A stretch of 53,495 bases of DNA from an uncultured Spirochaetota bacterium (lineage in GTDB: Bacteria; Spirochaetota; B62-G9; DRHN01), in the NCBI GenBank assembly GCA_964347455.1, contig CAYFYU010000012.1, positions 6,730 to 60,224 on the forward strand. Reading direction: 5' to 3'. Below, piece after piece: positions 35,206-48,907 of this stretch. Under the pieces are notes generated by a model. The model saw only the letters and a list, made by a program, of their open reading frames with translations, was not told the origin of the DNA and did no database searches. Each line of letters opens with the position of its first letter. The stretch's first letter is position 1. The position numbers and the translations under genes are program-made.

Positions 35206-36237
35206 ATGAAACGATTTTTCCCAATTTATTTGCTTTGCATGCTCTTCTTCTGGGTAAGTACGCAAAGTATGGGATCAATACGCGATATTCCAAAAATAGG
35301 AAAAAGAATATTTCAAAATTTTATTTCTTTAGCTTTTCTGAAAGAATATGTGTTTTATGAAATGCAAAATAGTTTTGAAAAAAGTTCTGACCAGGTTTCT
35401 TTCTATCTTAAAGAAACGGCATCTCTATTAAGTAATACATCTTTGCTCGACGAGCGGTGGTTAGGCAGACTGAAAGAGGAAAAAATTATTGATTCCGCCT
35501 ATTTTACATCCAATGATAAGGTATCCATAGTTGGTGCACCTATTACGTCCGATCTATCGCAAAAATCGGGATACATTATAGATGAAAGGGAAAAGCTACA
35601 CTATGTGTACCACGATAAGGAGAGTGCTGTATTCCTTGACGCAGTCATTGAACTAAGAGTGTTGCAGGAGAGCTTCTCACAGGATAGATATGTGCCACAC
35701 ACTATTATTATCTACGATAAAAGAGAGGAAACTCTTATTGCCATGAATGGGGAAAGTCCGCCATTATCTGAAAGCATAGATGAAGTCGTTGTTATTTTGG
35801 AAAAAAACTCATTTTTAATTGGTAAGCAAGGAATTGTAATGAGCCGAATTATCGGTATTCGAGACTCAGCGCTCATGCTCATTTCACTGTATCCGGTCAG
35901 GTTTGGGCGAAGAGCCTACAATATGTTTGGGTTAATTGCAGTTGTGATAATCACGATATTACTGGCGGTAAGTACAATCAGATATTCTGTATATGACTTT
36001 CAACAAATCCGTGGAGGGTTATATATTATGGCTGATAAAAAAGACAAAGGGGATGTGATAAGTGAGATTGATAAGGAAATTTCAGATATCATTGATGGCG
36101 AAGAAGCTCCCCCCAAAACCCCTACTAAACTGGTCGAGACGCCAACAGAAAAGTTAGAACAAAAAAAATCGGAAGACATCGTAGGTGGGCAGGAGAAAAA
36201 ACTTGAAGCCGATGGTATAATTATAAAAAAGGGATAG
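35206..36237 (+). CDS. Hypothetical membrane protein (signal/anchor, extracytoplasmic domain of about 230 aa, TM, charged tail)
   Basis: Track ORF is 35146..36237. ATG 35206 gives MKRFFPIYLLCMLFFWV. A second TM is at FGLIAVVIITILLAV. The cytoplasmic tail is Lys/Glu-rich. No family recognised. Confidence 0.5.
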   Translation: MKRFFPIYLLCMLFFWVSTQSMGSIRDIPKIGKRIFQNFISLAFLKEYVFYEMQNSFEKSSDQVSFYLKETASLLSNTSLLDERWLGRLKEEKIIDSAYFTSNDKVSIVGAPITSDLSQKSGYIIDEREKLHYVYHDKESAVFLDAVIELRVLQESFSQDRYVPHTIIIYDKREETLIAMNGESPPLSESIDEVVVILEKNSFLIGKQGIVMSRIIGIRDSALMLISLYPVRFGRRAYNMFGLIAVVIITILLAVSTIRYSVYDFQQIRGGLYIMADKKDKGDVISEIDKEISDIIDGEEAPPKTPTKLVETPTEKLEQKKSEDIVGGQEKKLEADGIIIKKG

Positions 36238-36273
36238 TTTACGATTTACTAATCTTTTATTCCCGGTGTTAAA

Positions 36274-38514
36274 GTGAAAAGAATAATTTTTATCGTAATT
36301 GCAGTTATTATAATGCTCACAACAGTTTACCTTCTTTTTGGTGAGGGGGTAATACCATTTGAAACGACACGATTAAGAGAAGAGGGATTTCAATCTGTTT
36401 ATAAGGGATTACAATTAATAATCGGAAATAGAGTTCAATCGAGCAGTACGAAATTAGTGAATGAGATGACACGCAGGTTTACCCTATCCCTTTTAATCGA
36501 GCTCAAGAAGATAGAGTACATTGTCGGAAGTATTGAGGCTGACAAGTTTATTGAGGGTAATGATGACAACATTAATATGCTCCTGAAGCAGGTTGATGAA
36601 ATATCATCAATCGAGAAAATACGGGTCATAAATGACGATTATGAACTTCTAAAGACCACCTCAGATACGGACATAATTGGTCTGAATCTCGATGAAGAGA
36701 TATACAGCGAAATTTTTACCACCTCGGCACTTGGTAATAGCTCGATAATCCTCGATAACCTAACTAATGAAATTGTAATTGGTAGGAGAATTGACCAAAG
36801 GTATGCGCTTCTCTTCTACTATAGCATGGAATTTATTGATTCTCTATTCTCCTCTATCTCCGGTCTGGAATATAAGAGGATCGAACCAATCCAACCAAAG
36901 TTCATCATCATAAATTTTCCAGATTTCGGTGTTGGAGAAGAAGGGTCAGTTTCTCGAATTAAAGAAGCGGTTCGAAGCGAAAAGAACGGTTGGGTAAAGG
37001 TAAGGTCAGAAGACCATGAAGAAATTATTTTCTTTGAATCTGTATCGGAGCCTTTATCTGATTGGAAAATCGGTTTGGCGGTTGAAAGGGAAAGATTCAC
37101 CTTTTCTATTCTTGGTTTTGTTATTTTTGGCATTCAAGCGGTTGCCTTATTCGTCATTCTCCTCTTTATCATAACAACTGTAAAGGAAAAAAGGTGGGGT
37201 ATAGGAACATCCGCTCCTCAAAGACGGTATGCGGCTGCTGTGGCAAGAAAGGGCATATTGAAAGGTGCAGGTGTCGTGGGTGGCGTTGTTTCACCAACTG
37301 GACAGAAAAAGGTACAGCTGTCCGAATCAGCTCTTGTTTCACTTGAGGAGCTTGAGGAAGTTTTTGAACTGGAAGAAGTCGGTGAGGCTGTCATTGCTGA
37401 AGAACTCGAAGAATTTGAAGATGAAAAATCGAATGATACAAACAAAGATGAAGCCACTGAGCAGTCTAATGAAGCAGCAGAGCTGTCCGATGAAACGCCA
37501 ATAAGTGACACTCTTGATGAGTTTGACGGTGAATTAGAAAAAAGAAGAGAAAAAAGCGATGAGGAGGAGTTGGCAGATCTAGAAGCTGTGCAGCGGGAAA
37601 TCATGGGACCAGAAGCACAGATGCTTGAGGAAATCGATACACTGAAGCAACTGTCCCAGAAAGATGAAAACTTGGATCAGGTTTTAGGCCAAGAAGAGCC
37701 GGAAGAAGAAAACATTTTTGATGATTATCCTGAAATACGAGAGAAAACTGAGTCTTCTCCCGACAGTCTTCCTGACCTTGAGTCGCTCGTAAAGGCAGAA
37801 TCTGGAATCAATACTGATAAAGGCAAAGATACCGCTCCTAAAATATCCGTAGATGTGGCTGAAAGTGAAGTGGACAGTGTGATAACGGATAATTTGGCCA
37901 GCATATTTAAAAAAATTGAGCAGAGTGGTGTGGAGGCCCTGAAGGTAACCGAAGCGACCGAAACGACCGAAGGAAGTCCTGCAAGGGGAAGTCCTGCAGG
38001 GATGACCGATGTTGCTGAGCTTAGAAAGAGATTTAGACAGTTTATGAAGTATCTTCAAGTATCAAAAGGTGCTGTGCTGCTCAGGGAGAGTAGTGGGCTA
38101 TTTAAACCAGTTAGCACTGTAGGGTTGAGCAGGGAAACGAAACGGAAACTTCCCTTCAAAGGAAATGAGAAGATTCTGATTAACATTTTAAACAAGGATA
38201 AAATTCTCTTTATTCAGAATGAAGCATTCTTTAGTGGGATTTTACAAAAAAAATTTGATTCTACCGATTCATCAACAATCAAGAGTATTTTCTTCTGTCC
38301 AATCATAACAGGAACTGAAAATGACGTGGAAGCTGTTGAGGGTCACATCACAACAAAGAAACAAAACGCTGTTCAGCCTGGGTTGATAAAGACACTTAAA
38401 CCCACTTTTCTTGGATTTTTAATCATATGCCCTAAGGAGGATGATAAAACAAGCTCGGATCGCATATTAAAAGAGCTAAAAGGAATAAAAAAGAAAATCA
38501 AGAATATATTTTGA
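36274..38514 (+). CDS. Hypothetical membrane protein with the same topology, plus a long acidic low-complexity region and a globular C-terminal domain
   Basis: 746 aa with a GTG start. The N-terminal anchor is IIFIVIAVIIMLTTVYLLF and the second TM is ILGFVIFGIQAVALFVILLFIITTV. An E/D-rich stretch of about 250 aa follows, then a C-terminal domain of about 170 aa. Confidence 0.55.
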   Translation: MKRIIFIVIAVIIMLTTVYLLFGEGVIPFETTRLREEGFQSVYKGLQLIIGNRVQSSSTKLVNEMTRRFTLSLLIELKKIEYIVGSIEADKFIEGNDDNINMLLKQVDEISSIEKIRVINDDYELLKTTSDTDIIGLNLDEEIYSEIFTTSALGNSSIILDNLTNEIVIGRRIDQRYALLFYYSMEFIDSLFSSISGLEYKRIEPIQPKFIIINFPDFGVGEEGSVSRIKEAVRSEKNGWVKVRSEDHEEIIFFESVSEPLSDWKIGLAVERERFTFSILGFVIFGIQAVALFVILLFIITTVKEKRWGIGTSAPQRRYAAAVARKGILKGAGVVGGVVSPTGQKKVQLSESALVSLEELEEVFELEEVGEAVIAEELEEFEDEKSNDTNKDEATEQSNEAAELSDETPISDTLDEFDGELEKRREKSDEEELADLEAVQREIMGPEAQMLEEIDTLKQLSQKDENLDQVLGQEEPEEENIFDDYPEIREKTESSPDSLPDLESLVKAESGINTDKGKDTAPKISVDVAESEVDSVITDNLASIFKKIEQSGVEALKVTEATETTEGSPARGSPAGMTDVAELRKRFRQFMKYLQVSKGAVLLRESSGLFKPVSTVGLSRETKRKLPFKGNEKILINILNKDKILFIQNEAFFSGILQKKFDSTDSSTIKSIFFCPIITGTENDVEAVEGHITTKKQNAVQPGLIKTLKPTFLGFLIICPKEDDKTSSDRILKELKGIKKKIKNIF

Positions 38515-38589
38515 ATGTGTCTTTTTCTTGACTCTAACAGATTTGTATAGTAATCTATGGATCAATGTATACTCCGTGAAAGGGGAATC

Positions 38590-40131
38590 GTGGTGGTGTA
38601 TATAATCTTGCAATATGCACTGCCATCCCTCGTCTTTGGTTTAGTAATCGGTTATTTTCTGCGCCGATATATATCAAAACTTAAAATTAATTCCGCGGAG
38701 GTAGCCGCTGATAATATTTTAAAAGAAGCGCAGAAAGAAGCGGAAGCGAAGAAACGTGAAGCAATTCTCGAAACGAAGGATCAGCTCTTTAAAGAAAGAA
38801 GCAACTTCGAAAGGGAAACAAAAGAGAGGAGAGCTGAACTTCAACGATGGGAAAAGCGTCTTCTTCAAAAGGAGGAAAATCTCGATAAGAGATTAGATGT
38901 ACTAGATAGAAAAGATAAATCGTTATCAAACCGGGAGAGGGTGGTAGATGCAAAAGAGGGGGAAATAAAACAAGCTCAGGAAGAAGTTCGAAAAGAGCTT
39001 GAAAGAATTTCCGGCCTCACAGCTTCAGATGCAAAGGATATGCTCATCAAGAGCATGGAGGAGGAAGCGCGTCATGACGCGCAGATCTCGATAAGCAGCA
39101 TTGAGAATGAAGCAAAAGCCGTAGCCGAGAAAAAGTCTCGGGATATTCTCGCCCATACAATTCAACGTCTTGCCTCAGAAATTACATCGGAAATAACCGT
39201 TACCTCGGTTTCACTTCCAAATGACGAAATGAAAGGCAGAATTATAGGAAGAGAGGGGAGAAATATCCGTGCTCTCGAAACACTTACAGGTGTTGATGTT
39301 ATTATCGATGATACACCAGAAGCCGTGGTTATATCGAGTTTCGATCCCGTAAGACGCGAAATTGCACGGATCTCGATGGAGCGGTTGATAGCCGATGGTA
39401 GGATTCATCCTGCACGAATTGAAGAGGTAACCTCAAAAGTTACAAAGGAAGTAAACAAGGTCATCATCGAGGAGGGCGAGAAGGCTGCTTTCGATCTTTC
39501 AATTCAGGGTTTATCTCAAGATATTGTACCGTACGTGGGTCGACTATTTTTCAGGACCTCTTATGGACAGAATATCCTCGCCCACAGTAAGGAAGTTGCC
39601 CATGTTGCAGGTGTCCTCGCTTCCGAAATTGGTGCCAATGTGCAGCTGGCAAAAAGGGGAGGCCTGCTCCATGATATAGGCAAAGCGGTTATAACCGATG
39701 GCGAGGGTAGTCATGCTGTCGTTGGGGGTGAGCTCGCAAAAAAATTCGGGGAATCTCGCGAAGTTGTTAATATCATTGAGTCACACCATATGGACCGAGA
39801 ACCTGAAACTGTAGAAGCGGTTCTCATACAAGCGGCAGATGCGATTTCTGCCTCCCGTCCAGGTGCACGGCGAGAATCGATGGATACTTATATTAAACGA
39901 CTTGAATCTCTTGAGAAAATCGCCGAGGGTTTCGATGGTGTTGAAAAATCTTTCGCCATTCAGGCAGGGCGGGAGATTCGAGTTATAGTAAACAACGACC
40001 GCATTGATGATTCCAAGGCAAAAGAAGTTGCACGGGAAATCGCTAAACGAATCGAAAAGGAACTAAAATACCCTGGAAGAATAAAGGTTACACTGATCAG
40101 GGAAACGAGAATCGTTGAATACGCGAAATAG
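38590..40131 (+). CDS. rny: Ribonuclease Y
   Basis: N-terminal TM, a coiled coil, a KH domain ([26 protein letters not shown]) and an HD domain ([13 protein letters not shown]...LLHDIGKA). The track start is ATG 38557. GTG 38590-38596 after AGGGGA is more likely, because a TTGACT-N17-TAATCT element covers 38528-38556. Confidence 0.9.
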   Translation: MVVYIILQYALPSLVFGLVIGYFLRRYISKLKINSAEVAADNILKEAQKEAEAKKREAILETKDQLFKERSNFERETKERRAELQRWEKRLLQKEENLDKRLDVLDRKDKSLSNRERVVDAKEGEIKQAQEEVRKELERISGLTASDAKDMLIKSMEEEARHDAQISISSIENEAKAVAEKKSRDILAHTIQRLASEITSEITVTSVSLPNDEMKGRIIGREGRNIRALETLTGVDVIIDDTPEAVVISSFDPVRREIARISMERLIADGRIHPARIEEVTSKVTKEVNKVIIEEGEKAAFDLSIQGLSQDIVPYVGRLFFRTSYGQNILAHSKEVAHVAGVLASEIGANVQLAKRGGLLHDIGKAVITDGEGSHAVVGGELAKKFGESREVVNIIESHHMDREPETVEAVLIQAADAISASRPGARRESMDTYIKRLESLEKIAEGFDGVEKSFAIQAGREIRVIVNNDRIDDSKAKEVAREIAKRIEKELKYPGRIKVTLIRETRIVEYAK

Positions 40132-40226
40132 AGAGAGCCACTCTTTATTCAAGGTACAGTAACCACTGAGTTGAAAACCCATATTACTTGTACATGTATA
40201 AAATATAGACCCGGTCAGGATGGAAT

Positions 40227-41024
40227 TTGAATAACGGTTGTATAATCGTTGCTCTCATTGGTGACATAGTTGGAGAACCTGGTCGTAAAGCCCTTTTTCT
40301 CTCCCTTTCTCAATTAATCCATGATAAAAAAGTAGACTTTGTGTTGGCAAACGGTGAAAATGCGGCAGGTGGATTTGGTATAACGGGAAATATTGCCTCG
40401 AAGTTGTATTCATATGGAGTTGACTGTATAACGACGGGAAATCACGTTTGGAGAAATAGGGAGGTTTTTAAAATTATTGAGGAAAATCACAGATTATTGA
40501 GACCGGCAAATTATCCAAAAGGAACACCGGGGAGGGGTTGGACCATTCTTGAGAAAAACGGAATGAAGCTTGGTGTTATGAATTTGCTCGGGAGAATTTA
40601 CATGGAGCCTCTTGAATCTCCCTTTAAAATCGCACGACGTGAAATATCTATTATTCAAAAGGAGACCAAGAATATTGTCATAGACTTTCACGGTGAAGCA
40701 ACAAGTGAAAAAGTTGCTCTGGGATGGTTTCTCGACGGCGCAGCCAGCGCTGTAATAGGTACGCATACCCACGTACAAACAGCGGATGAAAAAATTCTTC
40801 CGAAAGGGACAGCCTATATCACCGATGCTGGAATGACGGGCCCTTTCGATTCAGTCATTGGAATGAAAAAGGAAAATGCCTTGAGGAAGTTTGTAACATT
40901 GTTACCCTCTAAATTCACTGTGGCTGAAGATGATATCAGACTCAATGCAGTCATTGTTTCGATAGACAAAGAAACAGGAAAGGCAAAGCGAATAGAGAGA
41001 ATAGATAAAGATGTTTTTCAATAG
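40227..41024 (+). CDS. ymdB: YmdB-family (TIGR00282-type) metallophosphoesterase
   Basis: 265 aa with ALIGDIVGEPGR, ANGENAAGGFGIT, GNHVW and DFHGEATSEK. The rny-ymdB gene order matches Bacillus. Confidence 0.85.
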   Translation: MNNGCIIVALIGDIVGEPGRKALFLSLSQLIHDKKVDFVLANGENAAGGFGITGNIASKLYSYGVDCITTGNHVWRNREVFKIIEENHRLLRPANYPKGTPGRGWTILEKNGMKLGVMNLLGRIYMEPLESPFKIARREISIIQKETKNIVIDFHGEATSEKVALGWFLDGAASAVIGTHTHVQTADEKILPKGTAYITDAGMTGPFDSVIGMKKENALRKFVTLLPSKFTVAEDDIRLNAVIVSIDKETGKAKRIERIDKDVFQ

Positions 41025-41101
41025 CAGTCTGCATTTATGCTCTGATACTTTCTTTCTGGGTTAAAGGGTTGGAGTTCCATTTGATAAGGCACGGGAGGCC
41101 T

Positions 41102-44098
<2,997 letters not shown>

Positions 44099-45040
44099 CA
44101 CGATTTTTGGATTCTGCTTTAAAGCTAGTGGGTTTCTTTTATTAATCATGGGCGTGATGTATACGCTTTATGCTGATGCTTACCTGGCTGAGGATAAAAT
44201 TTATTATGGAGCAGACTCATACTTTGTTAATTATGATGATGAAATTATCAAGGCTAAGGGGCATGCCTATTATCGAAGAGGATTCAACGAAGTATCTGCC
44301 AGTGAAATTATTATTTACTATTCTGATGAGATAAAAAAAGCGTATTTCTACAATAATGTGCTCGTGAAAGATAAAGAAGAGAAGGCGGAGATACGTGGTA
44401 ATTACGGCGAGGCTCATTTTAAGAAAGATTACTATTTTGTCGATGGCAATGCAGTGTATACGGATACGTTTAGAACAATTCGCTCACGAAAAATAGAGTC
44501 CAACAGAGGAGCTTATTTTCTTTTTTCCGATAATGTTGTGTTCGATGACCAGGATATTAGAATTCACTCCAATTCACTGGAGATTGACGAGCATGATAAT
44601 GCATACTTTACCGATGATATAACCGCTGTGTTTCTTAATACCGGTGATGATCTGTATTGTGGGTTAATCAAGTATTCGATCAATACAGGAGATAGCGAAT
44701 TCCAAAACGACGTTGTTTATATACAGAAAGAAAATGACGGGGAGGATACCCTTATTGTCAAGGCAGAAAACGCAAAATACTTTCATAAAGGTAATTATTT
44801 TCTTCTCATGGATGACGTTTATATTTTAACTAAGGAGTATTCAATCAGCAGTTCAATGGTGAAATACTATAGGGATATAGGTATCGTTGAATCATTTGGA
44901 GAGACAGTGATGCACGATGGCAGGAGGACTGTGTATAGCAATAATATGAAATTAAACCTTGATGAGAAAAAAGTCGTGTTTTTTGGACCTGTTAAGGGGG
45001 TATTTCGAAATCCTAAGGGTTTGGAGAAAGTTAACAGCAA

Positions 45041-45763
45041 GTGAATACGATCGTTGTAGAAAGTTTAGTTAAGAGCTTTAAAAAGAGGAAGGTGGTAAAA
45101 GAGGTTAGTTTCAACATTGAAGAGGGTGAAGTCGTTGGGCTGCTTGGTCCAAACGGGGCTGGAAAAACAACGTCTTTTTATATGATTGTAGGATTTATAA
45201 AGGCGGATAAAGGTAACATCAGGCTCAATGATGTGGATATAACCCACGTTCCTATGTTCAAGCGGGCACGTATGGGCATCGGTTATCTGCCTCAAGAGGC
45301 CTCGGTTTTCCAGAAGTTGACGGTTGAGCAGAATATAATGGCTGTTCTTGAAAATACGACTCTACAAAAGAGAGAACGGAAAAGAAAGGTGGGTGAAATA
45401 ATCGGTGAGCTGGGCATAGAGCAGGTTAGAAAACAAAAAGCATTCACTCTCTCAGGTGGTGAAAGGAGAAGAACTGAAATTGCACGGGCCCTCGCAATAG
45501 AGCCAAAATTTCTTCTCCTGGATGAACCTTTTGCAGGGGTTGATCCCATTGCTGTGTTCGATATTCAGAGTATTATCGATAGGTTGAAGAGCAAGGGTCT
45601 CGGAATATTAATAACGGATCATAATGTCAGAGAGACATTGCGAATCACTGATCGTGCTTATATTATGAATGAAGGTGAGATCCTAGTTTCTGGAGGGAGT
45701 GAATATCTGGTTAATAATGAAGAAGCGAAGAGAATATATTTGGGTATCAATTTTACGATTTAG
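45041..45763 (+). CDS. lptB: LPS export ABC transporter ATP-binding protein LptB
   Basis: 240 aa with Walker A GPNGAGKTT, the signature LSGGERRR and Walker B LLLDEPFAG, plus LptB-like GYLPQEASVF. Confidence 0.9.
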   Translation: MNTIVVESLVKSFKKRKVVKEVSFNIEEGEVVGLLGPNGAGKTTSFYMIVGFIKADKGNIRLNDVDITHVPMFKRARMGIGYLPQEASVFQKLTVEQNIMAVLENTTLQKRERKRKVGEIIGELGIEQVRKQKAFTLSGGERRRTEIARALAIEPKFLLLDEPFAGVDPIAVFDIQSIIDRLKSKGLGILITDHNVRETLRITDRAYIMNEGEILVSGGSEYLVNNEEAKRIYLGINFTI

Positions 45764-45836
45764 AATCTGTATGTATGAACTTGATATTTGTTAGAAAAGT
45801 TAAATTCGGTATTGTAAGGTAATAGGGAGTTTTTAG

Positions 45837-47246
45837 GTGGATCTGAAACCGGAATTACATATCAAACAGACACAGAAATTAATAATGACTCCCCAGCTGC
45901 AGCAAGCGATAAAAATGCTTCAGCTGTCAAACCTTGAGTTAAATCAGGCTATTGAAGAAGAATTAATTGACAATCCTGCACTTGATAAAGAGGACAGACA
46001 GGAATATTCCTTAGATGAGTTGAGTGAAGAGGATCTTTCCCAAAGGATAGAGCAGACCAAGGATGAGAGAATCGGAGAGGATTTCAACGAGGAAACCCTC
46101 TATACTGAACAACCCTATGCATCTCCTGATTACAGCTCTGGTGAAGATAAGAAGAGAGAATTTTTAGAAGGAGCAGTATTCCGTGAGGAAACGCTTAAAG
46201 AATACCTGATGCGACAGTTGCATCTAACAGATATTGGACCGGAAGAGTTGAAAATTGCCGAGATCCTAATCAGCTATATCGATGAGCGGGGATACCTCTC
46301 CATTTCCCTGGAAGTCATATCAGGTGAGTTTTCAATTTCAGAAGAAAGACTTGAAAAAGTTTTGACCATTGTGCAAAGCCTTGACCCACCAGGGGTCGGG
46401 GCACGTGAAATAAAAGAGTGTCTTTTGATTCAGCTAAGGAACGAAGGGAATCATCCAATTGCTGAGAGGATCGTCTCGGAATGTTTAGACGAATTAAGGT
46501 TGAAAAAGTATGATGAGATAGCAAAAAAGTGTAAGATTTCAAAATCGAAACTGCAAGAGGTGATTTCATTAATATCCCAATTGGAACCCTATCCTGGGCG
46601 ACAGTACTATTCTGATGATATCCGATATATTGTTCCAGATGTTATTGTAGAGGAGCGGGACGGTGAATTCGAGGTAATTCCAAATAGCTCCTCCTTACCG
46701 CGCCTAAGAGTAAATCGCTATTTTGAAAATCTTCTCAAGAAGAGCAATATTGAAAAAAGGGTGAAAGAATTTGTTTCTGAGAAAGTAACACGTGCAAGAA
46801 TATTTATGCATTCTATTGAACAAAGAGAGAGCACCTTGCTCAGAGTAATGAAAGCAATCCTTGAACGACAGATAGATTTTTTTGAACAAGGTCCGATGTA
46901 TCTTAAACCAATGATTTTTTAATGATACGGCGACCACCGAGATCTACACGAATCAACGATAAGCAGGATTACTTCCTCAAAATATGTTCAGACTCCTTTC
47001 GGTGTTTACGGTTTAAAATATTTCTTTTCCAATCCTATCCCTGCACAGGGACAGGGAGATTATTCATCAACGAGCATCAAAGAAATAATAAAGGAAATTA
47101 TTGAGAATGAAGAAGGAAAAAAGCATCTCAGTGACCAAAAAATAGTTGAGTTGCTGCAAAAAAGGGGAATAAAAATCGCAAGAAGAACTGTGGCCAAGTA
47201 CAGAAAAGACCTGCATATCTTGCCGTCAAATTTAAGGAGGTCATAA
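45837..47246 (+). pseudogene. rpoN: RNA polymerase sigma-54 factor RpoN; reading frame broken in this assembly by an Illumina adapter string (probably not a biological pseudogene)
   Basis: GTG 45837 gives MDLKPELHIKQTQKLIMTPQLQQAIKMLQLSNLEL (region I). The ORF stops at 46920-46922. The same frame resumes at 46947 with HESTISRITSSKYVQTPFGVYGLKYFF (HTH) and the RpoN box IARRTVAKYR. It ends at TAA 47244-47246, which overlaps the hpf ATG. Confidence 0.9.
46921..46949 (+). other. Exact 29-nt Illumina P5 flow-cell adapter sequence (non-biological)
   Basis: AATGATACGGCGACCACCGAGATCTACAC is read directly at 46921-46949 and is identical over its full length to the P5 oligo. It contributes the TAA and TGA codons that break rpoN. 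Confidence 0.95.
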
Positions 47247-47611
47247 TGAACATTTCAATAATCGGACGTAAGGTAAAGATCACACCTGATGTGAGAAAAT
47301 ATATAGAAAAAAATATGAAAAAACTCGATCATTACGCTGAACATATATATGATTTCAAGCTAATAATAAAGAAGGAGAGACACATTTACTTTGCCGAAGT
47401 GAATATCAATGTAAAGAAGAAGATGATCCACATTTTTGCAAAGACTGCTGACATATTCAGCGTTATCGATACGCTTTACGATAAAATCGAAGTGAAAATG
47501 TTCAGGTATAGAGATAAACTGACCACTAAACGAGTCATACCACTTAAAGAAAGTGTTACTGAAAGAGGGGTGCAACCTGATACACTCCAAAGTCTGCAAG
47601 AGACTGGCTAA
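47246..47611 (+). CDS. hpf: Ribosome hibernation promoting factor / sigma-54 modulation protein (RaiA/HPF family)
   Basis: 121 aa. MNISIIGRKVKITPDVRKYIEKNMKKLDHY is the typical HPF N-terminus. Its position after rpoN is conserved. Confidence 0.85.
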   Translation: MNISIIGRKVKITPDVRKYIEKNMKKLDHYAEHIYDFKLIIKKERHIYFAEVNINVKKKMIHIFAKTADIFSVIDTLYDKIEVKMFRYRDKLTTKRVIPLKESVTERGVQPDTLQSLQETG

Positions 47612-47647
47612 AGTCATACGGGGGGACCCTGTAAAAAAGGTAGTACA

Positions 47648-48613
47648 ATGGATAGATTAGAAAAAGTTAAAGGCATCACGATTGCAAAACTGCTCGATCT
47701 TGCACGGGAAGGAGATATCCTCCACCTGCGTATTATAACTGGGGAGAAAACTCTTCAAAAAACAATTATGAATTATGATATCAATCGTCCGGGTCTCGCT
47801 CTTGCGGGTGATTATGATTACTTTGATTATGAAAAGCTTCAGGTTTTCGGACGAGGAGAATATCATTACCTACTGAAAATCGTGAATAACGATGAACTGT
47901 CAAGTATTGAGAACTTCTTCAAATATCCCGTTTCCTGCTGTATCTTCTCACACGGCCATGAACCTCCCTCTATTTTTACCGATATGGCCGAGGATGCTGG
48001 AGTTCCCATCCTCGTATCGTCGTTACCGACCAACGTAATGAACACCCGTATTACGAAAATCCTTGAAGATGCCTTTGCACCAAGGACGAGTACTCACGGA
48101 GTTCTTGTTGAGGTATTCGGTGTTGGAATCTTGATAGTCGGAAAAAGCGGTGTTGGTAAGAGTGAAACCGCCTTAGAGCTTATCGAGAGAGGACACCGGC
48201 TCGTTGCTGACGATGTTGTTGATATACGCTCAATATCTGACACTTTCCTTATAGGGAGTGGGGCAAAACTTATTCGGCATCACATGGAAATTCGTGGATT
48301 GGGAATTATTAATATCAAACAGCTTTTTGGTGTTGGAGCAATTAGAGATAAAAAGCAGATACAGCTCGTTGTGAGCCTGGAAGAATGGGATGTAAAAAAA
48401 GAGTATGATAGAATCGGGCTTGAGGAGTCAGTTTATACAATCCTCGGGGTCGAAATTCCCCTTCTTACTGTTCCAGTCAAACCAGGCAGAAATATACCGA
48501 TATTAATTGAAACTGCAGCGATGAACTTCCGCCTCGCAAAACTCGGGTATAATACAGCGAAAGAGCTCAATAGAGAGCTTATGAATCAGATAGAGCAGAA
48601 GAAAAAGGTTTGA
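47648..48613 (+). CDS. hprK: HPr kinase/phosphorylase
   Basis: 321 aa with the P-loop GKSGVGKSETALELIERGHRLVADD and the signature IRGLGIINI. Confidence 0.9.
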   Translation: MDRLEKVKGITIAKLLDLAREGDILHLRIITGEKTLQKTIMNYDINRPGLALAGDYDYFDYEKLQVFGRGEYHYLLKIVNNDELSSIENFFKYPVSCCIFSHGHEPPSIFTDMAEDAGVPILVSSLPTNVMNTRITKILEDAFAPRTSTHGVLVEVFGVGILIVGKSGVGKSETALELIERGHRLVADDVVDIRSISDTFLIGSGAKLIRHHMEIRGLGIINIKQLFGVGAIRDKKQIQLVVSLEEWDVKKEYDRIGLEESVYTILGVEIPLLTVPVKPGRNIPILIETAAMNFRLAKLGYNTAKELNRELMNQIEQKKKV

Positions 48614-48631
48614 TCCAGGCTCATTGACGGT

Positions 48632-48907
48632 ATGGTGGATAGGGAAATAATCATTAAAAATAAAACGGGTCTTCATGCAAGACCTGCAGCAGTTCTTGTT
48701 CAGAATGCGAATGAATTCAAGTCGGATATATTTCTGGAAAAGGATGAGGACAGGGTAAATGCGAAAAGCATAATGGGTGTGATGATGTTGGCCGCAGGTG
48801 AAGGGTCTAGAATAAAAATTATTGCTGAAGGCAAGGATGAAAAGGAAGCTGTTGACAGGATATCAAAACTGCTCGAATCAGATATCGACAGTGAGGTAAA
48901 AACATGA
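48632..48907 (+). CDS. ptsH: Phosphocarrier protein HPr
   Basis: 91 aa. His15 context is GLHARPA and Ser46 context is VNAKSIMGVM. Confidence 0.9.
   Translation: MVDREIIIKNKTGLHARPAAVLVQNANEFKSDIFLEKDEDRVNAKSIMGVMMLAAGEGSRIKIIAEGKDEKEAVDRISKLLESDIDSEVKT

Noticed and set aside
37218-37604. 128-aa Ser-rich ORF on the minus strand
   Set aside because: It is the antisense shadow of the acidic low-complexity region of the 746-aa membrane protein.
37948-38003. Short tandem duplications (ACCGAAGCGACCGAAACGACCGAAGG; GAAGTCCTGCAAGGG/GAAGTCCTGCAGGG)
   Set aside because: They are in-frame micro-duplications inside a low-complexity protein linker. This is not a repeat array or CRISPR.
46922-47104. 60-aa track ORF MIRRPPRSTRINDKQ...
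   Set aside because: Its first nine codons are the translated adapter sequence. The rest is out of frame with the rpoN C-terminus, which has clear homology in the other frame.
45837-47246. rpoN as a genuine, biologically inactivated pseudogene
   Set aside because: The only lesion is an exact Illumina P5 adapter string that preserves both length and frame. Both gene halves are otherwise intact, and the window contains a working-looking EBP and a -24/-12 promoter. An assembly artefact is much more likely.
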